Source: Microcoleaceae cyanobacterium (GTDB taxonomy: Bacteria > Cyanobacteriota > Cyanobacteriia > Cyanobacteriales > Microcoleaceae). Taken from it: DNA of 36,626 nt. A program made the position numbers and the translations under genes. The notes below the pieces were generated by a model that was not told the origin of the DNA, did not search any database, and saw only the letters and a program-made list of their open reading frames with translations. Where the stretch lies: assembly GCA_051652765.1 (NCBI GenBank), contig JBOFUV010000062.1, forward strand, positions 1 through 36,626, given 5' to 3'. Every line of letters starts with the position of its first letter. Position 1 is the stretch's first letter. Shown piece by piece: positions 19,204 to 29,064 of the stretch.

Positions 19204-19299
19204 AGGATGGTTTACAAGGATGGTTTACAAAGATGGTTTACAAGGATGTTGGAAAAGTGGTCGGCTTGCTACGAACAGTGAAAGCTTTCCAACATCTTT
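19204..19299. repeat. 13-bp tandem repeat (3 copies plus 1 degenerate) merging into an inverted repeat
   Basis: AGGATGGTTTACA, AGGATGGTTTACA, AAGATGGTTTACA, AGGATGTTGGAAA. AAGGATGTTGGAAA (19242-19255) pairs with TTTCCAACATCTTT (19286-19299), just 3' of the peptidase stop. Confidence 0.85.
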
Positions 19300-19315
19300 T
19301 TAACCTCAACTCAAG

Positions 19316-21289
19316 CTAAACACCTAAATCAATAAAGTTTTGGGCCGTTAAGGCGTGTAATCCATCAAGGGTGACCAGGGTCTGATTCCCTACTTTTAAC
19401 GTGGTCTGACCCTCATTAAACCCGATGGTTAGTCCAGGAAATTGTAGACTATCTGCCAAGCCAATCCAGTCTTCTCCTGGGGTATAGTCCTTAATCACAT
19501 CAGGACTCTCGCTGAGTTTGAGGTCAAAGCGATCGCTTCCCGCTCCCCCAATCAGAATATCCTCACCCAAATCCCCGCTGAGTACATCATTGCCCTGGCG
19601 GCCCAGCAAAATATCGTTCCCCTGACCCCCTCGGAGTGTATCATCACCTGCCTGACCCAAAAGCTGATCTGCGCCACTGCCGCCTGTAAATAGATTGGCT
19701 TCGCTATTCCCCAAGAGAATGTCGTTAATTTCAGTTCCTTGACCGTTAGGATTGGTCACTGTTTGAGGCGCAATCAGCTTCACCGCTTGATCGGCTTGAA
19801 TCAGCCCTGAGCCACTTTTAAAATCAAGTCCCGGTAGGTTAGCATCAAGGGCTGTGACTTCCAAAATGCTTCTGACTTCGGCGGGCGTTAGACTACCTGG
19901 GCCACCGGCGGCCTCCAACATTAAGGCTCCAACGGCGGCAGCATGGGGCGCAGCGGCGGAGGTGCCATGGAAGTTGGGCAAATTGTCCGTGTCCTGGCTA
20001 CTGACGGAACCAAAGAAAGAGGTGTTCACTCCGTCGGGAGCAATTAGATTGGGTTTGAGGCGAACTTGAGGCTCGGCCAGTTTGCCGCCATTGGCATCCA
20101 ACAGAATGGGAGTGCCTCCGAGGGAAGAGGAAGACTTGGCCTGGGGTCTGAGAGTACCAAACTCGGGAGTGCGACCATATTCTACCGAACCAATGGCGAT
20201 CGCCCCGGCTGCATTGGGATGACCAAAAACGGCTGAACTATCGTGGCCGTATTCAAAATCTTCGGCTTGATTGGAGAAGGAAATGTACTTGATCCGATTC
20301 GGCTCAGGGGAATCCGCGCGTTTGCCAATGATAACGTAGAACTGGCTGGTGTCAGTGTCATTGGTAAAGGAAACCGTTTCCAGGGGGTCAGCCCCGATAT
20401 TATCGCCTGTGCTGGAGGCGACGATATCTGCTGCGGTGAGACCATGGAGGGAATTCTGTTTGACTAAAAAAATATCGAGATCCTGAGTAGAACCTTGACC
20501 GCCACTGACCGAGGCAAAGGGTTCGTCCCACTGCAAAGATAAGGGGCCAAACCGCTCTCTAGGCTCCAGGGTGAACTGATTTAAGACATCAACTCCCGTT
20601 CCCCCGTTGAAATCATGAGCGTCGTAGGTGACACCATTCACCGTAAACTGCTGACCAGAATTGCTAAATTCTGCTTCATAGGAGTGTTGGCTGTCATTCC
20701 CAACCGCAGAGAAAAAAGCTACCCCCTGGCTCACGGCTTGATCCACCGCCTGAGCCTCAAGTCCATCCTGAAAAAAGGGCTGGTTGGTAAAGCCCATATC
20801 GTCAACAATAATATCGGCTCCAGCCAGGGTCAGAGCAGAAATCGCCTCCGTCATTTCAGTTGTATTGGCAACGGAGTAGAACAAAATTTCAGATCCTGGA
20901 GCCAGATCATGAATAATTTGTGCCATGGCGCGCCCTTCATCTCGACCGCGATCGCCTTCATTTAAAATATTGATTGGTGTTGTATGGCTGTTAGGGTTGC
21001 CTATACCTGGCAGATCGCCAGTGTTAACATCGTCCGATGCATTCACTGCGACATCACTAATATTAAAGCTGTCGGAAATAATTCCGACTTTAATGCCGCT
21101 TCCTTGAACTCCTAAGGTTGCCCGAACTTCATCTGTACGAAGGGCAGTATCTCCCTGACTAACTCTGGTGTTGTCGGTGCGAACCAGAAAATCTGAGGGA
21201 TTAACTGAATTAATATAAGGCTGTTGAACTCTTGAAACACTATCAATAAAAGCATCAAAATGAGTGATGGCTCGCGTTAATTCAGGCAT
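19316..21289 (-). CDS. S8/S53-clan serine peptidase with C-terminal RTX Ca-binding repeats
   Basis: GIKVGIISDS, DEGRAMAQIIHD, SAVGND, KPNLIAPDG, GTSAAAPHAA; GGxGxDxL nonapeptides near the C-terminus. Confidence 0.92.
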   Translation of the reverse strand: MPELTRAITHFDAFIDSVSRVQQPYINSVNPSDFLVRTDNTRVSQGDTALRTDEVRATLGVQGSGIKVGIISDSFNISDVAVNASDDVNTGDLPGIGNPNSHTTPINILNEGDRGRDEGRAMAQIIHDLAPGSEILFYSVANTTEMTEAISALTLAGADIIVDDMGFTNQPFFQDGLEAQAVDQAVSQGVAFFSAVGNDSQHSYEAEFSNSGQQFTVNGVTYDAHDFNGGTGVDVLNQFTLEPRERFGPLSLQWDEPFASVSGGQGSTQDLDIFLVKQNSLHGLTAADIVASSTGDNIGADPLETVSFTNDTDTSQFYVIIGKRADSPEPNRIKYISFSNQAEDFEYGHDSSAVFGHPNAAGAIAIGSVEYGRTPEFGTLRPQAKSSSSLGGTPILLDANGGKLAEPQVRLKPNLIAPDGVNTSFFGSVSSQDTDNLPNFHGTSAAAPHAAAVGALMLEAAGGPGSLTPAEVRSILEVTALDANLPGLDFKSGSGLIQADQAVKLIAPQTVTNPNGQGTEINDILLGNSEANLFTGGSGADQLLGQAGDDTLRGGQGNDILLGRQGNDVLSGDLGEDILIGGAGSDRFDLKLSESPDVIKDYTPGEDWIGLADSLQFPGLTIGFNEGQTTLKVGNQTLVTLDGLHALTAQNFIDLGV

Positions 21290-21653
21290 AGTAATTCTCT
21301 CCAGGAAAAGTGTTAAACCCTGGCCTTCTGCAGAAAAAGTGGTAGAAAGCTTATAAACTAGAGTATTTTCTCTAGCAGTTTCTAAGTTTTACCTGAGTCG
21401 GATTATTAGTATTTCCCAAGAGAAAATTCGACTCGTATTGAACCCTTTAGCATTTCTGAACCCTTGAGTTCATACCTTAATTATTTCAATTTAAGCTTAG
21501 TTGGTCATCGGTTAGACTACTGAAATTAGACAAATTTATGAGATTTAATACTGGTATAAACAAGTAATATACTGATTGAGTTTTTAGGGAAAAATAATAC
21601 CAATTAAACCTAAAAAAACCGTAATTTAACGGGGATTTGCCAACTCGAAGTAC

Positions 21654-21680
21654 AAAAAAACCTGGGTGAAAACCCAGGTT
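21654..21680 (-). terminator. Intrinsic terminator downstream of the pentapeptide gene
   Basis: Minus strand AACCTGGGT-TTTC-ACCCAGGTT followed by a T run. Confidence 0.8.
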
Positions 21681-21806
21681 AAAATAACTATTCTCTGCAA
21701 TTTTACTGAAGGTTCCTCTAAAACCTAAATTTAATTTAATCTCTGAAGTGCGAGATTTCTCCGTAGCTTTTCGAGGTTATTTCTACCGAGAAAGGGTTCA
21801 AGTACT

Positions 21807-22526
21807 TCAGAATCGGATGAACCCTGGTGACTTTGCCCCGGATGAGCCATTTCCCTCTCCTAACGGAAAGATCCGGATCTGAGGGCGATTGCCTCGTTCT
21901 GATGGGGTTGCATTCAGGGGGCGGAAGAATTCATTTAAGTAGTCTTGGGTATAACGAAAGGAATTCTCAAAATCCGCTCCACCGACTGGGAACACTAAGT
22001 ATTTTGGATTGCGGCTAATACTGAGTCCATTGCCTTCTAGAGTTTGAGCTGAACTGAGTTGAGGCTGTTCAGTCTCCTCAATCGAGAGAACGATGAAGCT
22101 GGCTCCCTGCAGGTTTGCCCCTGTTAGCGCTGCGCCCGCTAACTGCGCTTGAACCAGGTTGGCCTCGAACAAGTTGGCTAGGGTTAGGTCAGCATCATTG
22201 AGTTCTGCGCCATTCAGAAAGGTTCCTGCTAAGTTTGTCTCTTTCAGAGTTGCACCTTTGAGGTCGGCACCTTCCAGGTTGGCATTTTCTAGATTGGCTC
22301 TGGACAAATCAGCTTCTCGCAAATCAGCTCCAATCAGGTGGGCTCCCTGCAAATTGACTCCGGACAAATCGCAGCCCGGACATGCCCCCGTTTCTAAGAG
22401 TTGTTTCAAATGTGCCGGATTTCCTGCATGAGCTGGAGTAGAACTAAAGGAGACCAAGGTCACGACTGCTGCTGTCAGGATTCCCTTAGATAGTCTTATC
22501 GGTAAAGTTCTGAATACTGTCTTCAT
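21807..22526 (-). CDS. Exported/lumenal pentapeptide-repeat protein
   Basis: Signal peptide ending AHA, LLETGACPGCDL cap, then A(D/N)LxxA repeats and a C-terminal extension. Confidence 0.92.
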   Translation of the reverse strand: MKTVFRTLPIRLSKGILTAAVVTLVSFSSTPAHAGNPAHLKQLLETGACPGCDLSGVNLQGAHLIGADLREADLSRANLENANLEGADLKGATLKETNLAGTFLNGAELNDADLTLANLFEANLVQAQLAGAALTGANLQGASFIVLSIEETEQPQLSSAQTLEGNGLSISRNPKYLVFPVGGADFENSFRYTQDYLNEFFRPLNATPSERGNRPQIRIFPLGEGNGSSGAKSPGFIRF

Positions 22527-22661
22527 TCTTCCATCCTCCAGAATGGCTACCTTAGGACGCTGCTGTGAATGCCTACACTCATAATGTAGACGATTCCGAA
22601 GAATGGCGGATTTTTTGCAATGAAAATTTTTGATCTGAGTGATGACTGGCGGGATGAATTC

Positions 22662-22688
22662 GCCCCCCAGCCCCCAATTCTGGGGGAG
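22662..22688. repeat. REP-like palindrome, single copy
   Basis: GCCCCCCAGCCCCCAATTCTGGGGGAG, nearly identical to 27182-27207. Confidence 0.8.
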
Positions 22689-22718
22689 CCGGTGACTTGG
22701 GCTGAATTTGAGTCGATT

Positions 22719-24113
22719 TTACAAGCGTTGGGGGGAACCTGCGGTCGTTAAAGCCTGAACTCGAGGCTGCCGCTTGCCGACCATCTTCATGCGAACGCCT
22801 CCCAGGGGAGAGAGAGTAACCCCTCGACGGGCCGCTTTGACCGGACGTTTTTCAGCCAGTGTCAACTCGTAGTTCATCAGAACTGTTGCCAAGGCCAACT
22901 TCATTTCGTACTGAGCGAGGGCCATGCCAATACATTGTCGGGCTCCAGCACCGAAGGGCAGATATTCGTAGGGGGAGAACTTTCGCTCCAAAAATCGTTC
23001 GGGTCTAAATTGCTCTGGTTCCGGGTACAAATCAGGGCGGCGATGGGTGAGATAGATACAGCCGACCAAGGTATCCCCGGCGGTGACCCGATAGTCCCCC
23101 AAGTCCGTCACTCGCTTGGCCGTTCTCGGAAAAGTCAACATTCCCACCGGATAAATCCGCAATGTTTCTTGACACACTGCCGTCAGATAGGGCAATCGGA
23201 AAATCGCCATCGGATCAGCATTCGGTTCTAAGCTGTCTAACTCTTGCAACAGGGTTGCCAAAACTTCGGGCTGTTGGTGTACCCAATACAGTGACCAAGC
23301 GAGGGAGGTTGCCGTTGTCTCATGCCCTGCAAACAATAAGGTTAACAGCTCATCTCGGAGTTCCCCATCACTCATCGGCTGCCCGTCTTCGTCCCGTGCC
23401 GCGATCATCAAGCTGAGAATATCAGTGCGGCTTTCATCCCAATTTTGGTGACGTTCAGCAATTTCTGCAAACAGGAGTTCATCAATCTTTTGCCGCTGGC
23501 GCAGGAACCGACCCCAAGGACTCCAAGGGCCTAGATCTTGCTGTAGGGATTTGAAGAAGAGCACACTGGAACTTAAAGGAGAATTAGTCACGGAGAGCAA
23601 AGACGCAACCAACGTTTTCAACTGGTCATACCGTTCTCCTGCATAGATCCCAAACACAGCTTGGAGAATCACTAACAAGGAAATCTCCTGCATGGCATCC
23701 CGTGCCACTAACGGTTGATTGGGTTGCCATTGGCTCGTAACCTGCTGGGTGATATTGCAAATCAACTCGCCATAATTTCGCATCCGTTCACCATGAAACG
23801 ATGGCATCAGGAGCTTGCGCTGTTGTCGGTGGCGATCGCCTTCTAGCAAAATTAAAGACTGTTCTCCTATTAACGGTTTGAGAATCTGGTTCATTCGTCC
23901 CGGCGCTTCAAAGTCTTTGGTATCCCGAGTTAGCAATTCTTGGATCATCTGGGGATTACTGACAAAAATGAGGGGATAGCCCCCTGTGACTCGAGCAGCA
24001 AAAACATCCCCATAACGTTCGGCACAGGTATGCATATAGTTCAACGGATCAATAATCCATTGAATCTGTTGAAGAAAGTTGGCAGTTTTGGGGCCATCAA
24101 ACTGTTTCATCAT
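22719..24113 (-). CDS. Cytochrome P450 (CYP110-like)
   Basis: AGHETTA (I-helix), ETLR, PERF and PFGAGARQCIG heme-binding motif. Confidence 0.96.
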   Translation of the reverse strand: MMKQFDGPKTANFLQQIQWIIDPLNYMHTCAERYGDVFAARVTGGYPLIFVSNPQMIQELLTRDTKDFEAPGRMNQILKPLIGEQSLILLEGDRHRQQRKLLMPSFHGERMRNYGELICNITQQVTSQWQPNQPLVARDAMQEISLLVILQAVFGIYAGERYDQLKTLVASLLSVTNSPLSSSVLFFKSLQQDLGPWSPWGRFLRQRQKIDELLFAEIAERHQNWDESRTDILSLMIAARDEDGQPMSDGELRDELLTLLFAGHETTATSLAWSLYWVHQQPEVLATLLQELDSLEPNADPMAIFRLPYLTAVCQETLRIYPVGMLTFPRTAKRVTDLGDYRVTAGDTLVGCIYLTHRRPDLYPEPEQFRPERFLERKFSPYEYLPFGAGARQCIGMALAQYEMKLALATVLMNYELTLAEKRPVKAARRGVTLSPLGGVRMKMVGKRQPRVQALTTAGSPQRL

Positions 24114-24132
24114 GATTTTAAAACTTTATTTC

Positions 24133-24192
24133 AGAGCTAATTCTAGAGCTAATCTTAGAGCTTATTCTAGAGCTTATTTTAGAGCTTATTTC
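24133..24192. repeat. 12-bp tandem repeat, 5 copies
   Basis: AGAGCTAATTCT, AGAGCTAATCTT, AGAGCTTATTCT, AGAGCTTATTTT, AGAGCTTATTTC, filling the asnS-P450 spacer. Confidence 0.9.
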
Positions 24193-24194
24193 AT

Positions 24195-25586
24195 CTAAAA
24201 ATCAATGGTTAAGGGGGCCCTAGGAAAGGGAATCACATCTCGAATATTGCCCATAGCAGTCATAAATTGAACCACACGCTCAAACCCCAAGCCAAAGCCT
24301 GCATGGGGAACAGTTCCATATTTCCGCAGTTCTAAATACCACCATAGTTCGGCTTTATTGACTTCCATTTCATCCATGCGTTGTTCTAACCTGTCTAGCC
24401 GCTCTTCCCGTTGAGAACCTCCAATAATTTCACCAATTTTGGGGGCAAGAACATCCATAGCCCGAACAGTTTTGCCATCATCATTGACTCTCATATAAAA
24501 GGCTTTGATGTCTTTGGGATAGTCAGTTACGATCACAGGTCTTTTAAATAGTTCTTCTGCCAAATAACGTTCGTGCTCTGACTGCAAATCCAAACCCCAA
24601 CTAACTGGATATTCAAATGTTTTATCAGCTTTTTCGAGCAACTGAACGGCTTTAGTATAAGTGATTCTTTCAAACTCATTGTTAATGATATTGTTGGCTG
24701 TTTCCAACACAGATTTATCAATCCGTTCGTTGAAAAATTCCATGTCTTCGGGACAGGTTTCCAACACAAACTTGAAAATATATTTCAAGAACGCTTCAGC
24801 TAAATCCATGTTTCCGTCTAGATCACAAAATGCCATCTCAGGCTCAATCATCCAGAACTCAGCCAGATGACGGGATGTATTCGAATTTTCAGCTCGAAAA
24901 GTCGGGCCAAACGTGTAAACATTCGAGAATGCCATGGCCATAATTTCCGCCTCTAACTGACCGCTAACGGTCAGAAATGCAGGCTTGCCAAAGAAATCTT
25001 GACTAAAATCCACAGTTTGATCGGCTGTCAGCGGTACGTTCTTTAAATCCAAGCTGGTCACGCTGAACATCTCCCCGGCTCCTTCACAGTCACTGGCCGT
25101 AATAATCGGGGTATGAATCCAGAGAAATCCCCGTTCCTGAAAGAATTGATGAACGGCGGTGGCACAGGCATTCCGAACCCTAAATACGGCGCTGTAAGTA
25201 TTGGTGCGCGATCGCAAATGGGCGATCGTGCGAAGAAACTCAAAGGAATGGCGCTTTTTCTGCAACACATAGGTTTGAGGATCAGCATCGCCGTAAACCG
25301 TTAACGTTTCTGCCTTTAATTCAAACCGTTGTCCCTTGGCTGGAGATTCAATCAACGTGCCAGAGACGGCTGTCGATGATCCAGTATTAAGCTGCTTTAA
25401 GGTTTCCTCATAGTCCGGCAGATCAGAGTTCAGAACGACCTGTAGATTCGTCATTGCAGAACCGTCGTTCACCTCGACGAACGCAAAATCCTTGAATTCT
25501 CGTTTCGTCCGTACCCAACCCTGAATCCTCACTTGTTCACCGGGTTGACCACTTTTCAAGAGTTCTGCAATTCGTCTGGTTGTCAT
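24195..25586 (-). CDS. asnS: Asparagine--tRNA ligase
   Basis: [43 protein letters not shown] and [11 protein letters not shown]. Confidence 0.97.
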   Translation of the reverse strand: MTTRRIAELLKSGQPGEQVRIQGWVRTKREFKDFAFVEVNDGSAMTNLQVVLNSDLPDYEETLKQLNTGSSTAVSGTLIESPAKGQRFELKAETLTVYGDADPQTYVLQKKRHSFEFLRTIAHLRSRTNTYSAVFRVRNACATAVHQFFQERGFLWIHTPIITASDCEGAGEMFSVTSLDLKNVPLTADQTVDFSQDFFGKPAFLTVSGQLEAEIMAMAFSNVYTFGPTFRAENSNTSRHLAEFWMIEPEMAFCDLDGNMDLAEAFLKYIFKFVLETCPEDMEFFNERIDKSVLETANNIINNEFERITYTKAVQLLEKADKTFEYPVSWGLDLQSEHERYLAEELFKRPVIVTDYPKDIKAFYMRVNDDGKTVRAMDVLAPKIGEIIGGSQREERLDRLEQRMDEMEVNKAELWWYLELRKYGTVPHAGFGLGFERVVQFMTAMGNIRDVIPFPRAPLTIDF

Positions 25587-25910
25587 GGGTTCGAAGTTCC
25601 TCTTAGCTTTTCTACCTTAGCTTAGATTATGCAGATTCAGGAGGGTGCGTTGCAATGCGTGTAACCTTAGACCTGACATTGTGACTAGCTTACAGCGTGA
25701 CTGGTTTAAGTCTGGTGCTGGAATCAAACGTTAAATCAGATCTGGTTTGAGGAAGATGAATTACCCCGAATTTGCTTGGACAGTTGACTAGTGTCTAACA
25801 AAGAGGCCGTTTGCCCTTCTGGTTTAACCGACTGGGCAGTCGATTTAGCCTTGGAATACTTGAAGGCGATCGCACACAATTGACACATGGTTTTTCCCTC
25901 TGGATTCAGC

Positions 25911-26984
25911 TTAATTCTTGCTCACAATGTAATAGTTATTCTGGAAATCGTGATCGAGTTGTTTGACTTCAATCTGGGTAAACCCGGCTGTCTTGAGCAT
26001 TTCCAGGGCTTTTTCTTCTCCCCAAACTGCCCCAAGCCCCATCCCGCCCGCAGCCAGAGAGACCGTCATACAGTGCAAGCAAGAAATGGTGTACAACAGC
26101 GGGCCAATCGGATGATCCAAATTCTTGCCCACGTTGCTAGAGGCTCGAATGTCCTGCATCAAGTAAACCCCATTCTGGCGCAGAGCTTGATAAATTCCCC
26201 GCAGGACAATATCAGGACGGGCTTGGTCATGAATGGCATCGAAGGTACAAATCAAGTCGTATTGCTCAACTTCATTCATGATTGCTGCGTCTTTCAGCCG
26301 GAATTGAATGTTTGTTAATCCCTGCTTTGCAGCTTCAGTTTGAGCTGTACCAATCGCTTCCTCAGACAAATCATATCCAGTGAAACGACTTTTGGGAAAG
26401 GTTTGAGCCATTTTGTTCAGGGCGCGACCACTGCCACAGCCCACATCCAAAACCAAAATTCCCTGGGCTAATTTTTCAATCAATCCCGGCACAATCGGTA
26501 AAATTAGTTCAGTTAAAGCGGCGACAACGGTTTGACCACTTTCTTCCGCCATAACTTGATGGAAGCGCTTGAACTCGGAGTAGGGAACCCCACCCCCTTG
26601 ATGAAAACACTCCACGATCTGATCTTCCACACTCCCCAACAATGGGATGAATTGAGTCAGGGGGGCTATACTATTGGGACTCCCCGCCCGGGTTAAAAAA
26701 GCTGCATGTTCAGCCGGAAGGACGTAAGTGGCGTGATCAGGGTAGTACTCAATAAAACGACCTGTCACCATTGCCCCCAGCCATTCTCGGACATACCGTT
26801 CGTTCAAGCCTGCCGCTGCTGCAATTTGTTCACTGGTAGACGGGGGAAGTGTTGCTAGGATATCAAAGAGTCCAGTGCGATGTCCAATGGAGATCATGAG
26901 CACGATGGCGCTACTGTTCATCATGTCTAGCAACTGTTCGGCAAAAGCTTCTGCTTTGACTAAGTCTAAGGTTGAAGAATTCAT
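25911..26984 (-). CDS. Class I SAM-dependent methyltransferase with N-terminal winged helix (Rv2258c-like)
   Basis: IGHRTGLF...[13 protein letters not shown] (wHTH), [28 protein letters not shown] and GLGAVWG. Confidence 0.9.
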   Translation of the reverse strand: MNSSTLDLVKAEAFAEQLLDMMNSSAIVLMISIGHRTGLFDILATLPPSTSEQIAAAAGLNERYVREWLGAMVTGRFIEYYPDHATYVLPAEHAAFLTRAGSPNSIAPLTQFIPLLGSVEDQIVECFHQGGGVPYSEFKRFHQVMAEESGQTVVAALTELILPIVPGLIEKLAQGILVLDVGCGSGRALNKMAQTFPKSRFTGYDLSEEAIGTAQTEAAKQGLTNIQFRLKDAAIMNEVEQYDLICTFDAIHDQARPDIVLRGIYQALRQNGVYLMQDIRASSNVGKNLDHPIGPLLYTISCLHCMTVSLAAGGMGLGAVWGEEKALEMLKTAGFTQIEVKQLDHDFQNNYYIVSKN

Positions 26985-27042
26985 AATCTTGACTCCGAAG
27001 GTGTTTAAAGGTTTAGCTCTGGTGTTGGAAACCCTAGGAAAT

Positions 27043-27071
27043 AAAAAACATCCTACCGTTGGGGAGGATGT
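27043..27071 (-). terminator. Intrinsic terminator about 60 nt upstream of the methyltransferase start
   Basis: Minus strand ACATCCT-CCCCAACGGT-AGGATGT followed by TTTTTATTT. Confidence 0.75.
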
Positions 27072-27075
27072 CTGA

Positions 27076-27102
27076 TTATCTAGGAACCCTTTGACTAAAC
27101 AT
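27076..27102 (-). CDS. Candidate leader peptide MFSQRVPR
   Basis: ATG TTT AGT CAA AGG GTT CCT AGA TAA, ending 4 nt before the terminator stem. No clear Shine-Dalgarno sequence. Confidence 0.35.
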   Translation of the reverse strand: MFSQRVPR

Positions 27103-27151
27103 TAGGGCTGACTAGATAGAACTTATGCACTTTTTACGATGTTCTTTTTAC

Positions 27152-27268
27152 TATAGGACTTACGCAGTTAAGCATTCTTTGGCCCCCCAGCCCCAATACT
27201 GGGGGAGGCGAATTTCTCAAAGTCCCCCAGTATTGGGGATTTTAGAGGGCAAGTGCGTAAGTCCCATA
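27152..27268. mobile_element. MITE-like element with terminal inverted repeats enclosing an inverted REP doublet
   Basis: Perfect 11-bp inverted repeat GGACTTACGCA (27156-27166) / TGCGTAAGTCC (27254-27264), extendable to 16/18. Inside are two inverted CCCCAATACTGGGGGA palindromic units. No transposase. Confidence 0.65.
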
Positions 27269-27301
27269 CTAGAGCGATCAGTAATTAGATCAGTAACTAG
27301 A

Positions 27302-27369
27302 TGTGAGAAAAGCGAGAGCGGGGTTTGGGGTCTTTGTGCCCAAGAAGGGGGCGTTACTCACCTCTCACA
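27302..27369. repeat. Second GC-rich stem-loop element
   Basis: TGTGAGA...TCTCACA ends enclosing GGGGTTTGGGG..CCCAAGAAGGGGG, resembling a cyanobacterial dispersed repeat. Confidence 0.45.
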
Positions 27370-27427
27370 ATCATTTGTGATTGCTTGCACCTATACAAGG
27401 TTGCACACAGTTCTACACAGAACAGCT

Positions 27428-28354
27428 CTACACAGACGCGATGAAAATTTGGGTTCCGGGCGGCATTTCCAGGCTGTCGCCTAAATGTTGGCCGTTATGA
27501 AATGCCGACACCAGAACGTCACAGGTTTTCCCCCAGCCAATATTGCCTTGGGCATCAATCGCGATCGCGCCAAAATCTCGCTGCCGCTGAGTCGCTTCCG
27601 TAAAGGATTTTTCGAATGCTCCTCGGAGCGTCATGCCATCAGTGATCCGAATCACAACTCTGGCGGCAAAACATTCGTCAATTAAGTCTTCCCCAATGCC
27701 TGTACAGCTTATAGCGGCTTCTGGAGTCGCATAATTTCCCGCAGGCATGGAAGAATCACTGACTCGACCCACCCGTTCAAAGCCCTTGCCTCCCGTAGAA
27801 GTTCCCGCTGCCAAACGTCCCTCCAAATCTAGGGCAACAACCCCAATGGTTCCCATTCCCGCAGGTTCCGCCAGAACATTTGCCATTCGGCGTTGGAAGT
27901 TTTGTTTCCGTTCCGCTTGCCATTCCTGCAACCGCTGATCGGTGAGCGGATTGTAGATGGGAAGGTGTAGTTCTCGCGCCAGTTCTGCTGAACCGATGTC
28001 TGAAAGAATTCGATCCGGCGACGTTTGCAGGGCTTTGGCTAAATCAATTGGGTTTTTCACCCGAGAAACGTTCATCACCCCGCTAAACTGTTGAGTCATG
28101 CCATCCATCAAACCTGCACTCATGCGAATTTGGCCATCGGATTGCAGGACTGAACCGGTTCCAGCATTAAAACGAGGTTCATTTTCTAACAATCGACATC
28201 CATAAACCACCGCTTCCATTGCACTCATCCCCTGAGCCAGTTGAGGGTAAACGTCCTCAATGACCGTGTAGAGAGATTGGCGAACTGCTTCTAAACCGCC
28301 CTTGTTCGCCAGAGAACTGCCAGCACCACCGTGAATAATGAGTTTGGGTTGCAC
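27428..28354 (-). CDS. iaaA: Isoaspartyl peptidase / L-asparaginase (Ntn hydrolase)
   Basis: IIHGGAG, FNAGTGS, KNPI, G-TIGVVALD (nucleophile Thr), GTSTGG, GRVSDS and SCTGIGE. Confidence 0.92.
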   Translation of the reverse strand: MQPKLIIHGGAGSSLANKGGLEAVRQSLYTVIEDVYPQLAQGMSAMEAVVYGCRLLENEPRFNAGTGSVLQSDGQIRMSAGLMDGMTQQFSGVMNVSRVKNPIDLAKALQTSPDRILSDIGSAELARELHLPIYNPLTDQRLQEWQAERKQNFQRRMANVLAEPAGMGTIGVVALDLEGRLAAGTSTGGKGFERVGRVSDSSMPAGNYATPEAAISCTGIGEDLIDECFAARVVIRITDGMTLRGAFEKSFTEATQRQRDFGAIAIDAQGNIGWGKTCDVLVSAFHNGQHLGDSLEMPPGTQIFIASV

Positions 28355-28505
28355 GTTAATTCGTTTGTAACTAAGTTAGTCAATTCAGCATCAGATTCAG
28401 GCTGAACCCGGAGCGTTCATGCACTTGCTGAAGCCTAGGAGCCTAGGGTTCAGGGAAAGACATCAACTTCTGCCCCATGTCTTAGCTGGATCTGATGGAG
28501 TAAAA

Positions 28506-28521
28506 TGTATCATGTATTACA
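28506..28521. promoter_or_regulatory. NtcA binding site in the divergent iaaA/glnB spacer
   Basis: TGTA-TCATGTAT-TACA (TGTA-N8-TACA) with A-rich flanks, about 80 bp before glnB, a known NtcA target in cyanobacteria. Confidence 0.8.
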
Positions 28522-28583
28522 AATTATCTTTGCTTTGCGGTGATATCAAAGGGTGTCACGCCGAGTAATTGGTACAGATGTAA

Positions 28584-28940
<357 letters not shown>

Positions 28941-28977
28941 AGTTTATCTGAAGTTAAACATTGAGCGTAAAAAGTAG

Positions 28978-29039
28978 AGGGGAGAGGCCAATCTTAAGCG
29001 TCATTGGTCACGGTCACTGGTTAGGGTAATCTCTCCCTT
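28978..29039. terminator. Possible bidirectional stem-loop between convergent glnB and rdgB
   Basis: AGGGGAGAG pairs with CTCTCCCTT; the loop carries short GGTCA-type repeats. Confidence 0.4.
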
Positions 29040-29064
29040 GGCTTTTGAGCTGCCCTAACCTATT

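Noticed and set aside
19204..19255. Short repeat arrays (also 24133-24192) as mini-CRISPRs
   Set aside because: Units are 12-13 bp, contiguous, have no spacers, and there are no cas genes.
27365..27380. TCACA-N6-TGTGA as a CRP site
   Set aside because: The half-sites are in the opposite order to TGTGA-N6-TCACA and overlap a repeat element.
27125..27484. 119-aa ORF on the plus strand
   Set aside because: It reads through the repeat elements and overlaps iaaA antisense; not protein-like.
8609..28354. ATP-grasp ligase, flavoenzyme, peptidase, P450 and methyltransferase as one RiPP or natural-product cluster
   Set aside because: They are spread over about 20 kb, interleaved with gloB, tRNA, ilvB and asnS, and there is no precursor or transporter.
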